The notes beneath the pieces are model-generated. The model saw only the letters and a list, made by a program, of their open reading frames with translations, was not told the origin of the DNA and ran no database searches. This document shows, in pieces, positions 38,682 to 47,747 of a DNA stretch of 64,000 bases (position 1 is the first letter of the stretch; each line of letters opens with the position of its first letter). The stretch lies in contig JAPSGB010000015.1 of assembly GCA_035063585.1 (NCBI GenBank), positions 33,360-97,359 on the forward strand. The letters run 5' to 3'. The stretch is from Polyangiaceae bacterium (GTDB taxonomy: Bacteria > Myxococcota_A > Polyangia > Polyangiales > Polyangiaceae). Position numbers and translations under genes: made by a program.

Positions 38682-41287
38682 TGCGTGCCGTTCGACTCGT
38701 GGCGATGGTGGCGGGGGCGCTCGCGCTGAGCGCCTGCGCGTCGGTGCTCGGGATCGAGGAACAGACGTACGACGGCGCGGACGCGAGCGCGGGCGGGTCG
38801 GCGGGGACGTCGGGGAGCGGCCGCGGCGGGCTCGGGGGCGCGCCCGTCGACGCGGGGGACGCGGCGAGCGACGGCGGCCCCTCCGACGCGGGCGATGCCG
38901 GGGACGGCACGGTCGGGACCATCGGCGCGGCGTGCAGCCCGCGGAACGCGCTCGCCTGCGCGGGGCACGCGCAGAAGCTCGTGCTCGTCTGCGACGCGAG
39001 CGGCAAATGGGCGGCGCTGCAGTCGTGCGCCGGCCAGCAGTTCTGCGACACGCGCGCGGGCGCGACGCAAGGCTCCTGTCAGGATCCGGTCGCGCTCTGC
39101 GTGGGAAAGCGCCCAGGCGACGGCGTCTGCGACGGCAACGACGTGGTCACGTGCGGTCCCGATCTGGTGACGAGCACGACGACGCCGTGCGCGACCGCGT
39201 GCGTCGATGGGGCGTGCACGGGGACCTGCTCCCCCGGCGATGCTCGCTGCACCGGCAATACCCCTTCGACCTGCGACGCGAACGGCGCGTGGCTCGAGGG
39301 CGCCCCGTGCCCGTACCTTTGCGCGAGCGGCGCCTGCGTGGGGGACTGCACGCCGAACGCGACGCGGTGCAACGGCAACGTCCCCGAGACGTGCGACGCG
39401 AGCGGCGCCTGGACGAGCGGCAGCGCCTGCGCGAACGTGTGCGAGGACGGAAGATGCGTCTCCGCGTGCACGGATGGGGGCAAGCAGTGCAGCGGCCTCA
39501 CGCTGCAGACCTGCGTGTCCGGGGCGTGGCAGGACGGCGCCGCGTGCGCCTACGTCTGTGACTCGGGCGCCTGCACCGGCTCGTGCGCCCCGAAGAGCAC
39601 GCAGTGCCTCGACCGCGTACCCCAGACGTGCGACGCGGCGGGCACCTGGCAGAGCGGCGCCGCGTGCACCTACGTCTGCGCGAGCGGCGCGTGCACCGGC
39701 TCGTGCACGCCGGAAGCGAAGCGGTGCAACGGCCTCACGCCGCAGACGTGCGACGCGACGGGCACCTGGCAGAGCGGTACCGCGTGCGCCTACGTCTGCG
39801 ACTCGGGGGCCTGCACCGGGAACTGCTCGCCGGGCGCGCTGCGTTGCTCCAGCCAGCAGCCACAGGAGTGCGACAGCGCCGGCGCCTGGCAGGACAAGGG
39901 CAGCTCTTGCCCCAACGTGTGCAGCGCCGGGCAGTGCACGGGCGCGTGTAAGCCCGGGACGACGCAGTGCAACGACCGCGTCGTCCAGACCTGCGACAGC
40001 AGCGGACAATGGCAGCAGACCAAGACGTGCCAGTACCTCTGCGCGAGCGGCGAGTGCACCGGTTCGTGCACGCCGGGGGCGAAGCAGTGCGACGGCCTCA
40101 CGCCGCAGACGTGCGACGCGAGCGGCGCTTGGCAAAGCGGCACGCCGTGCTCGTCGAACAACGGCACCGCATCGTGCGCGAACGGCCTCTGCTCGATCAC
40201 GTGCGGCGGGGGCTATGCCGACTGCGACGACGATGTGAACAACGGCTGCGAGACGAACACGAACACGAGCGCGTCGAGCTGTGGTCAATGCGGCCGTAAG
40301 TGCTCGACCGGGCAGAGCTGCATGGGCGGGTCGTGCGGCGTGCCGGCCCCATCGCCGAGCTGCGCGGTCGCCGGCAGCGGACGGACGAACTGCGGCCCGA
40401 GCGGTAGCGAGAGCTGCTGCATCTCGATGCCAGTGGCGGGCGGGACATTCTACCGGGGCTACATCGAGCCTCCGGGGTCGACCGGCTACGCGACCAAGAG
40501 CTACCCCGCGACGCTGTATGATTTCCGGCTAGACAAGTACGAGGTCACCGTCGGCCGTTTCCGGATGTTCGTGGAGGCGTGGGTTGGCGGGTGGCGTCCG
40601 GTGGATGGAGCTGGCAAGCACACGCACGTGAACGGCGGTCGGGGCCTCGAGAACAGCGGGGCTGGCGGCGGCAATGAACGGGGCTGGGACGCGAGCTGGT
40701 CGAGTGAGATCCCGTCGTCGACCGCTACTTGGAACTCGAAGCTCGCCTGCGATTCGAGCTATGCGACCTGGACGTCGTCAGCCGGCGGGAACGAGAATCG
40801 CCCCATCAACTGCGCGAGCTGGTACGAGCTTTACGCGTTCTGCATTTGGGACGGCGGGTTCTTGCCGAGCGAGGCGGAGTCGCACTACGCGGCGTCGGGC
40901 GGGGGTGAGCAGCGGAAGTACCCTTGGGGGAGCACCGACCCCGGCGCGAACACGAACCTTGCCATCTACGGCTGCTACTACAATGGCACAGGGAGTTGCT
41001 CAGCCGTGACGAACATCGCTCCGGTGGGCTCGGCGCCGAACGGCGCAGGGAGGTGGGGCCAGCAGGACCTGGCCGGTAGCGTCTGGGAGTGGGCGCTGGA
41101 TTGGTACGCGAGCCCCTATAATACATCATGCAAGAATTGTGCCAACTTGGCACCGGCCGCCGACCGGGTGTTCCGGGGCGGCGGCTTCTACTATGGCGCG
41201 CCGTACCTGCTCTCCCCATCTCGCAGCGGCACCGGCCCCTCGGCTCGTGGCTTCGACATCGCGGGCCGTTGCGCCAGGACCCCCTAG
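38681..41287 (+). CDS. large Cys-rich-repeat lipoprotein with C-terminal FGE-sulfatase (C-type lectin fold) domain; candidate DGR target 2
   Basis: Lipobox LSAC, ~8 Cys-rich 40-aa repeats, and an FGE domain paralogous to 2705-4063. Confidence 0.9.
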   Translation: MRAVRLVAMVAGALALSACASVLGIEEQTYDGADASAGGSAGTSGSGRGGLGGAPVDAGDAASDGGPSDAGDAGDGTVGTIGAACSPRNALACAGHAQKLVLVCDASGKWAALQSCAGQQFCDTRAGATQGSCQDPVALCVGKRPGDGVCDGNDVVTCGPDLVTSTTTPCATACVDGACTGTCSPGDARCTGNTPSTCDANGAWLEGAPCPYLCASGACVGDCTPNATRCNGNVPETCDASGAWTSGSACANVCEDGRCVSACTDGGKQCSGLTLQTCVSGAWQDGAACAYVCDSGACTGSCAPKSTQCLDRVPQTCDAAGTWQSGAACTYVCASGACTGSCTPEAKRCNGLTPQTCDATGTWQSGTACAYVCDSGACTGNCSPGALRCSSQQPQECDSAGAWQDKGSSCPNVCSAGQCTGACKPGTTQCNDRVVQTCDSSGQWQQTKTCQYLCASGECTGSCTPGAKQCDGLTPQTCDASGAWQSGTPCSSNNGTASCANGLCSITCGGGYADCDDDVNNGCETNTNTSASSCGQCGRKCSTGQSCMGGSCGVPAPSPSCAVAGSGRTNCGPSGSESCCISMPVAGGTFYRGYIEPPGSTGYATKSYPATLYDFRLDKYEVTVGRFRMFVEAWVGGWRPVDGAGKHTHVNGGRGLENSGAGGGNERGWDASWSSEIPSSTATWNSKLACDSSYATWTSSAGGNENRPINCASWYELYAFCIWDGGFLPSEAESHYAASGGGEQRKYPWGSTDPGANTNLAIYGCYYNGTGSCSAVTNIAPVGSAPNGAGRWGQQDLAGSVWEWALDWYASPYNTSCKNCANLAPAADRVFRGGGFYYGAPYLLSPSRSGTGPSARGFDIAGRCARTP
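39226..40150 (+). repeat. ~120-bp coding repeat x8 (6-Cys module CxPgxxxCxGxxPqTCdxxGxWxxgxxCxYxCxxGxC)
   Basis: Seen directly in the translation. Confidence 0.85.
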
Positions 41288-41457
41288 TCGAATGCTGAAA
41301 TGATTCTTGCCAACAACAACTCCTCGACTCCCCTCGACCCTTGATGCTCGAACCCTTGTCCGGGAGCGCGCGGGAGTAGCCGAGAGGTGGCACCGAGCGA
41401 AGACCTCGAGCCGCGAAGACTCCGAGCCGCCGAGGTCCGGGGGCGGGGCCCCGGTCC

Positions 41458-41492
41458 GGAGCTGAGCCCGACTTCAAGCCGGGCTCAGCTCC
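41458..41492. repeat. perfect 13-bp inverted repeat (hairpin)
   Basis: ggagctgagcccg-N9-cgggctcagctcc. Confidence 0.8.
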
Positions 41493-41746
41493 CGAGCAGA
41501 AATCGACAGGCCGCTCACCGGCGCTGATGAGCCGCACACCGAGAGCGGCCAAACCTCGACCTCATCAGCGCTCGCGCGTGCTCCGCGAGGCTCACCTCAC
41601 GTTGCCGACGATCGGCGTGCGTCTCGAATTCCACGAGAGCTGGCTGTGGCGACGCCCGATGCTCGTCGAGGAGGTGCTCCGCGCGGAGGGCGCGCAGGCG
41701 CGCGCCTGGGCACACGTCGCCCGAGCGGCTAGTCTTGCGCCGGGCG

Positions 41747-42235
41747 ATGCGCGTCACACCGATGGCTCCCGGAGATCGCGCCGCGGTCGAGCGGCTGGCG
41801 CATCTGGTCGACGTCGACGTCGACCTCGACGCCGAAGCGCGGCGAGCCTTCGCTCGGCTCTGGGTCGGTCGACTCGACGAGCTCGAGCCCGACCTCGCCG
41901 GTTTCGCGCTCTCCTGGGCGGTCGCCGACGAGGTACACGTGCTCAACGTCGCCACCCATCCCGAGCATCGCCGGAGGGGCGTCGGCCGCGCGATGATGTC
42001 CGCGATCGTCGAGCGCGCCTGTCGTGACGGCGCCCGGCTCGTGCTGCTCGAAGTCCGCCGAGGCAACCGCGCCGCGATCCGCCTCTACCGCTCCGCAGGC
42101 TTCGGCGTCATCGGCGTGCGACGCGCCTACTACGCGAACGACCGCGAGGACGCCCTCGAGATGATGCTCATGATCGACCCCGACACCCGCGAGGTGCTAC
42201 CCCCGCATGACGAAATCCAGCTCACCGAAGTCTGA
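41747..42235 (+). CDS. rimI: RimI-type GNAT N-acetyltransferase
   Basis: 'ADEVHVLNVATHPEHRRRGVG...LLEVRRGNRAAIRLY...GF...RRAYY...EDAL'. Confidence 0.9.
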   Translation: MRVTPMAPGDRAAVERLAHLVDVDVDLDAEARRAFARLWVGRLDELEPDLAGFALSWAVADEVHVLNVATHPEHRRRGVGRAMMSAIVERACRDGARLVLLEVRRGNRAAIRLYRSAGFGVIGVRRAYYANDREDALEMMLMIDPDTREVLPPHDEIQLTEV

Positions 42236-42239
42236 CCCG

Positions 42240-43037
42240 ATGAAGCGTCCCCCTCGTCGCCTCGTGGTCGCTCCGCTGCTTGCTCGGCAGAGCCTCGGAG
42301 AGGCGTATCACGTGCTCACCTTCGACGTCCCGGGCGGGATGACGGTACGCCCTGGACAGTTCGCCATGGTGCGCGGCGCGACTTGGGGTGAGTCGCCGCT
42401 CCTGCCGCGACCGATGAGCTTCCTCGGCGGCGGCGCCCCGTCCATGCTCATCAAGGTCGTCGGCGAGGGGACCGCGCGGATGGCGCGCGCGACCCCCGGC
42501 GAGCCGTTTTCCCTCCTTGGCCCACTCGGCAATGGCTGGCATCCGCTGCCTGCAGGCCGCCGGCCGGTCCTCGTGGCCGGTGGAGTCGGCGTCGCGCCGC
42601 TCCTCTTCCTCGCGCGCAGCCTGGCCGCGACGGGCGCGCGCCCGCTCTGCCTCTTCGGTGGTCGAAGCTCGCGCGATCTCCCGCTCGCCGACGCGCTCTC
42701 GGAAGTGACGGAGCTCGCCCTCGCGACCGAGGACGGCTCGCGCGGCGAGCGCGGTCGCGTCACCGAGTTGCTCGAGCGCGCGCTCACCCCGGACGCGGCG
42801 GTCTTCACCTGTGGCCCGGATCGGATGATGGCCCGCGTCGCCGAGCTGTGCGCCGCGCGCGGCGTGCCCTGCGAGGTGTCGCTCGAGACCCCGATGGCGT
42901 GCGGCTACGGCGTGTGCCTCGGCTGCCCGAAGCCGCTCGCCGGAGGTGGCTATCTCTACGCGTGCACCGAAGGCCCCTGCGTGGACGCCCAGCGCCTCGA
43001 CCTCTCCGAGCCGAGCACGAGCGGGAGGCCGGCGTGA
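42240..43037 (+). CDS. pyrK: dihydroorotate dehydrogenase electron transfer subunit
   Basis: 'RPGQF', 'RPMS', 'GPLGNG', 'AGGVG', 'CGP', 'MACGYGVCLGC...CTEGP'. Confidence 0.92.
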   Translation: MKRPPRRLVVAPLLARQSLGEAYHVLTFDVPGGMTVRPGQFAMVRGATWGESPLLPRPMSFLGGGAPSMLIKVVGEGTARMARATPGEPFSLLGPLGNGWHPLPAGRRPVLVAGGVGVAPLLFLARSLAATGARPLCLFGGRSSRDLPLADALSEVTELALATEDGSRGERGRVTELLERALTPDAAVFTCGPDRMMARVAELCAARGVPCEVSLETPMACGYGVCLGCPKPLAGGGYLYACTEGPCVDAQRLDLSEPSTSGRPA

Positions 43038-43942
43038 CCGACCAGCGCGTCTCGATAGGTTCGCTCACCCTCGCGAACCCCGTACTCACCGCGTCGGGGA
43101 CCTTCGGCTACGGCCTCGAGTACGACGACTTCTTCGATGTGGCGACCCTCGGTGGCATCTGCACCAAGGGGCTCAGCTTGCTCCCGCGGCCCGGCAACCC
43201 TCCCGATAGGATCCGTGAGACTCCCGCTGGCATGCTCAACGCCATCGGGCTCGCCAACGTCGGCGTCGAGGCGTTCTGCCGCGACAAGCTGCCCGCCTTG
43301 CGCGCGCGCGGGGTCACCGTGATCGCCAACGTGTTCGCCACCAGCGTCGAGGACTTCGTGCGGCTCGCGGAGCGGCTCGACGGCGAAGAGGGCGTCCACG
43401 CAATCGAGCTCAACGTCTCTTGCCCCAACGTGAGCCACGGCGGGATCGAGTTCGGCCGGGAGCCGCGCATGGCCGCCCAGGTCACCGCCGCGGTCCGCGC
43501 GGCGACGCGGCGTCCGGTGTGGGTCAAGATGAGCCCGGAGGCCGGGGACGTCGCCGAGGTCGCCCGCGCCTGCGAGGCGAGCGGGGCCGACGCCATTACC
43601 GCCATCAACACCATCCGCGGGCTCTCCATCGACCCTGACGCGAGGCGGCCGCGGCTCGCCAACCGAACCGGCGGCCTGAGCGGCCCTGCGCTCCGGCCGA
43701 TCGCGCTCAGGATCGTCTGGGATCTGGTCGGTGCGGTGCGGATCCCGGTGATCGGCATCGGCGGGATCGCGACCGAGCGCGACGCCATCGAGTTTCTGCT
43801 CGCCGGCGCGAGCGCCGTCCAGGTCGGGACGGCGAGCTTCACGGACCCGAGCGCCGCCGCCAAGATCGCAGAGGGGATCGCGCGCTACTGCGACCAGCGC
43901 GGCTCGACCGTCGTCGAGCTCATCGGCGGCGCGCGGGGCTGA
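43034..43942 (+). CDS. pyrD: dihydroorotate dehydrogenase (family 1B) catalytic subunit
   Basis: 'ASGTFGYG', 'GMLNAIGL', 'ELNVSCPN', 'GGLSGPA', 'VQVGTA'. Confidence 0.95.
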   Translation: MTDQRVSIGSLTLANPVLTASGTFGYGLEYDDFFDVATLGGICTKGLSLLPRPGNPPDRIRETPAGMLNAIGLANVGVEAFCRDKLPALRARGVTVIANVFATSVEDFVRLAERLDGEEGVHAIELNVSCPNVSHGGIEFGREPRMAAQVTAAVRAATRRPVWVKMSPEAGDVAEVARACEASGADAITAINTIRGLSIDPDARRPRLANRTGGLSGPALRPIALRIVWDLVGAVRIPVIGIGGIATERDAIEFLLAGASAVQVGTASFTDPSAAAKIAEGIARYCDQRGSTVVELIGGARG

Positions 43943-44074
43943 GTCGCCCCGGCGGTCGCGGCCCGAGCCGCAACCCCGCTCGGGCGCGGGCGCGGCTCGG
44001 CGCGCGTTTCAGACGAACACCCCGGCTCGAGCGGGGGACTCGGTTGCGACCTCCGCCCGCGTTGCGCTACGAGG

Positions 44075-44839
44075 ATGACGATGTCCTCGCCGTTCAAGCC
44101 CCCTCGAGCGTCTCCGGGGGAGCAACGCGCTCTGCTCCAGTCCGTGCTCGAGCGAGCCTCCAACGCCATCCGCCGGCGGCCGGCGCTGGTGGTCTTCGAC
44201 CTCGACGGCACCCTGCTCGACAACCGGCCACGCAGCGTCGCGATCCTCCACGAGCTCGCGGACGCATGGGCGCAGCGTCACCCCCGAGAGGCGGAACGGC
44301 TCCGGCGCGCGGATGCAGCCGATCTCGCGTACCTGCTCGAAGAGAGCCTCGAGCTCCTCGGGATCCGAGACCGCGAGCTCGTCGACGAGGCCAAGTCCTT
44401 CTGGCGCGAGCGCTTCTTCACCGATCGATTTCTCTCCCACGACCGGCCGACCGAGGGCGCGGTGAGCTTCACTCGCGCCTGCCACGAGGCGGGCGCGAAC
44501 GTCGTCTACCTGACCGGCCGCGATCTGCCGAACATGGCGCTCGGCAGCCTCGCGAGCCTCCGCGACCTCGGCTTCCCGATCGGCGTCCCCGCGACCCAGC
44601 TGGTCTTGAAGCCGAACGCTGCGGACGACGACACGCAGTTCAAGCGGCTGGTCGCGCCCCAATTCCACCGCAGCGGCGAGGTGATCGCCTCGTTCGACAA
44701 CGAACCGGGCAATTGCAATCTCTTCACCGAGCTCTTCCCAGAGGCAGACTCCGTGCTCGTCGACACCCAACACCTGCCGGGCGCCCCGGCTCTCGACCAG
44801 CGCGTCCGCGTGATCGAGCACTTCGGGCACGAGCCATGA
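44075..44839 (+). CDS. HAD-family phosphatase
   Basis: 'VFDLDGTLLD', 'YLTGR', 'FK', 'FDNE'. Confidence 0.85.
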   Translation: MTMSSPFKPPRASPGEQRALLQSVLERASNAIRRRPALVVFDLDGTLLDNRPRSVAILHELADAWAQRHPREAERLRRADAADLAYLLEESLELLGIRDRELVDEAKSFWRERFFTDRFLSHDRPTEGAVSFTRACHEAGANVVYLTGRDLPNMALGSLASLRDLGFPIGVPATQLVLKPNAADDDTQFKRLVAPQFHRSGEVIASFDNEPGNCNLFTELFPEADSVLVDTQHLPGAPALDQRVRVIEHFGHEP

Positions 44840-46137
44840 CCCGCGCGCTCGCGCTACTTCCGCTCCTCTGGCTCGCCGCTTGCCCTTCACGAGAGCGGGA
44901 GGCTCCCCATGCCGACCCTGCCGAGCCCAGCCCGAACGCGAGCATCATGCCTGCGCCGCTCGCCTCCGGCGCGGAGCCCGGCCGGGACGCGTCCGCGCCC
45001 GACGCCGGCCGTGGCGGGCTCCCCGTCGGCCCGCTCGGACGGTTCCTCTTGCCGGAGGCCGGGCCGCCCGCGCCGACCTTGATGCCGAGCGACAAGCCGC
45101 TGCCGCGCGACACGCTGACCGCCAAGGACTCCACCGGCGCGACGCTCGCTGGGCTCTTTCGCTGGGTCGACATCCCAGCGCCGGCCTCGGTGCCCGAGCT
45201 CGACAAGGAGGGGCTGAAGGCCGCGCGGGAGAAGACCTCGCTCGAGGTGTCCATCGACCTCGCGAGCGCCGGCCGCATGCGCCTCGGCTTCGAGGGCGTC
45301 GCTTTCCCCGTGGCGCCGGGCTCCGCGCTCCGCGCTCGCTTGGATCGCTGGGGTAACGTGCTCGTCTGGCCGAACCAGCAGTCCTACCGCATCCTGCCTC
45401 CTGGAGCGCTCCGCGCGGTATTCGCCGAGCGGCGCGCCGACCTCACCCCGCTGGTCAACGCCGCGATCAAGAGCCTCGGCAAGGCCACCTCGCTCGGCAT
45501 GCAGACCGAGCGCGTCACGCTCACGACGCAGACCGGCACGCTCACCCTCGAGCAGGGACACCTCGCACCGGCCGGCCCGAGCGGCGCGCTCTTGTGCCGC
45601 GTGCTCGTCGAGCTCGTCGCGGCCGACCCGTCGACCAGCGCGTGCTCGCCCGAGCTCACCCCGCTCCGGGCGGAGCTCACCTGGCCAGACCGCGGCCGAA
45701 TCCTCTTCGAGGTCCTGTCGGTCACCCGGCGGCAGGATCTCCCCATCGGCGAGCTCTACACTCCGCCCGCTGACGCCGAGCTCGCGCGTGACGGCATGCC
45801 CCCCGAGACGACCGGCGTCTTTCTCACACGTGAGGAGCTCGCTGCGTTCCGCTCCCGCGACGCGAGCTCCGCCGAGCCCTCACCGGCCGGGGCGCCCGGC
45901 GAGGGGCTGCTCGCGGTGAACCACACCGACACTCTGCGCTACCTGCTCCTCGACGGCGTCGCCGTCGCCTGGCTCAAACCGCACGGACAGCAATACATCA
46001 TCGGCCCGCGCCCCGGGACCTACGTCGTCTCGTGGCGTGATTTTCTCGGCGCCCAAGTCGAGCCGCCGGCGACCATGGCGCTCCCGGCGCGAGTCGAGCT
46101 CGGCTCGGTCCCCGACGCCGGTGCCGTCGAGCACTGA
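44836..46137 (+). CDS. hypothetical lipoprotein
   Basis: Lipobox LAAC, coupled to the HAD gene. Confidence 0.75.
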   Translation: MTRALALLPLLWLAACPSREREAPHADPAEPSPNASIMPAPLASGAEPGRDASAPDAGRGGLPVGPLGRFLLPEAGPPAPTLMPSDKPLPRDTLTAKDSTGATLAGLFRWVDIPAPASVPELDKEGLKAAREKTSLEVSIDLASAGRMRLGFEGVAFPVAPGSALRARLDRWGNVLVWPNQQSYRILPPGALRAVFAERRADLTPLVNAAIKSLGKATSLGMQTERVTLTTQTGTLTLEQGHLAPAGPSGALLCRVLVELVAADPSTSACSPELTPLRAELTWPDRGRILFEVLSVTRRQDLPIGELYTPPADAELARDGMPPETTGVFLTREELAAFRSRDASSAEPSPAGAPGEGLLAVNHTDTLRYLLLDGVAVAWLKPHGQQYIIGPRPGTYVVSWRDFLGAQVEPPATMALPARVELGSVPDAGAVEH

Positions 46138-46142
46138 GCCGA

Positions 46143-46784
46143 CTACTTGTCGAGCTCGAGCTCGCCTTCGTAGTCGCCGGCCTCGAAGACGACGTCGCTC
46201 CTGCCTTCGGCATGGAGCTCCGCTCGCAGCGCTTCGACGGCGATCTCGAGCACCTCGAGCCGGGTGGAGAGCCTGAAGTAGTCCGTCTCGGTCATCTCCG
46301 GCAAGGCGCCGAGGCGCCGCTCCACGACCTCGCGCTCCTCCGGCGCGAGCTTGAGCTCCGAAGAGGGCCCGTCGTGATCGGCCCGCGCGAACAGCGCGTC
46401 GTAGGCGACCCCGACCGGGTTGAAGGACAGATACACCGGCGCGAGCCCCACCAGCCAGTGATGAGCGTCCGCGTCGGGCAGGAGCCACGAGCCCCCGAAG
46501 TGCCGCCGCGCGACCTCGCCGAAGTACGCCCCTACCGCGCGACCGATCAGCGGCACGAGCGAGGGTCGGCCATCGGCCGTCTCACGGACCATCGACAGGT
46601 AGTGATCGAGGATGGGCAGGGTCTCGCTCGAGCCGTCGAGCTCCATACCCACCGCGCGCTGCACGTACTCCAGGCACGCCTTCGAGAGCTCCTCGATCTC
46701 TGCCGGCGCAGGCGAGACCTCGAGCGGCTCGGCGTCGTGGTCCTCGAGGTCGCTCGGCTCCTCGCGCCCGTCCGCGTCGGTCAT
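46143..46784 (-). CDS. hypothetical protein
   Basis: 213 aa acidic protein with coding-like composition. Confidence 0.75.
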   Translation of the reverse strand: MTDADGREEPSDLEDHDAEPLEVSPAPAEIEELSKACLEYVQRAVGMELDGSSETLPILDHYLSMVRETADGRPSLVPLIGRAVGAYFGEVARRHFGGSWLLPDADAHHWLVGLAPVYLSFNPVGVAYDALFARADHDGPSSELKLAPEEREVVERRLGALPEMTETDYFRLSTRLEVLEIAVEALRAELHAEGRSDVVFEAGDYEGELELDK

Positions 46785-46964
46785 CGCCCCGGAGCCTAGC
46801 CGCTCCGGGGCGCCGCGTCCCGAGGCCGCCCGAGCGCCGGTTTTTCCGCGCGCCCGAGCGCGCGGACGATCCGGCGGACACCGCCCGAGAAATCGACTAG
46901 AACGCCCGGTGACTGCCGCGCCGTCCCGCCCGGGCGGTCCGTGGTATCGTGCGGCCTCTCACCA

Positions 46965-47702
46965 ATGCGCCTCGGCATCCTCAGCGACATCCACGCGAAC
47001 TACGAGGCGCTCTCGGCGGTGCTGGAGGCGTACAAGTCCGAGCGGATCGGGGACTACTACTGCCTGGGCGACACGGTGGGATACGGTGGCTCGCCGAACG
47101 AGTGCGCCAATCTCATCCGTGAGGGCACCAAGGCGTGCGTGCTCGGCAACCATGACGCCGCGGTCGCCGGGCGCATGGATTACTCGTACTACTACGAGGC
47201 CGCGCGGCACGCGCTCGACACTCACGCCCGGCTGCTCTCCCCGGAGAACATGCAGTGGCTCCGTGGCTTGCCGTACCAGATCAAGCTCGATGAGCTCGGC
47301 GTCCACCTCTGCCACGGCTCGCCCGTCCGACTCGAGGAATTCGAGTACATCTTCGCGCCCGAACAGGCTCGCGAGTGCCTCCCGATCTATGGCGAGCTCG
47401 GGCACATCACCTTGATCGGGCACTCACACCTCTGCAAGGTGTTCGCGCTGACGCCGAACACCGTCGAGGAGCTGCCGCCGGTGGACTTCGACCTCGACCC
47501 TGCCCGCAAGTACATCGTCAGCGTCGGCTCGGTAGGTCAGCCGCGCGACTACGACAACCGCGCGAGCTACACGGTCTTCGACTCCGAGGCGCAGCGCTTC
47601 GAGTTCAAGCGGGTCGAGTACGACATCGAGACGGCCGCCGACAAGGTGCTCCGCGTGAAGCTCGAGCGCAACTTCGCGCACCGCCTCTTCATCGGCGTGT
47701 AG
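46965..47702 (+). CDS. metallophosphoesterase (YfcE-like)
   Basis: 'SDIHAN', 'LGDTVGYG', 'GNHD', 'HGSP', 'GHSH', 'GSVGQPRD'. Confidence 0.92.
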   Translation: MRLGILSDIHANYEALSAVLEAYKSERIGDYYCLGDTVGYGGSPNECANLIREGTKACVLGNHDAAVAGRMDYSYYYEAARHALDTHARLLSPENMQWLRGLPYQIKLDELGVHLCHGSPVRLEEFEYIFAPEQARECLPIYGELGHITLIGHSHLCKVFALTPNTVEELPPVDFDLDPARKYIVSVGSVGQPRDYDNRASYTVFDSEAQRFEFKRVEYDIETAADKVLRVKLERNFAHRLFIGV

Positions 47703-47747
47703 CGCCGCGCCGCCGGCCCGCGCGGCTGCGCGCCGGACCGACCACCC

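Noticed and set aside
41524..41555. Hammerhead ribozyme-like CTGATGA-stem-xAAAC
   Set aside because: The essential GAAA is CAAA, stems I/III are not evident, and the CTGATGAG is paired in a competing 11-bp inverted repeat.
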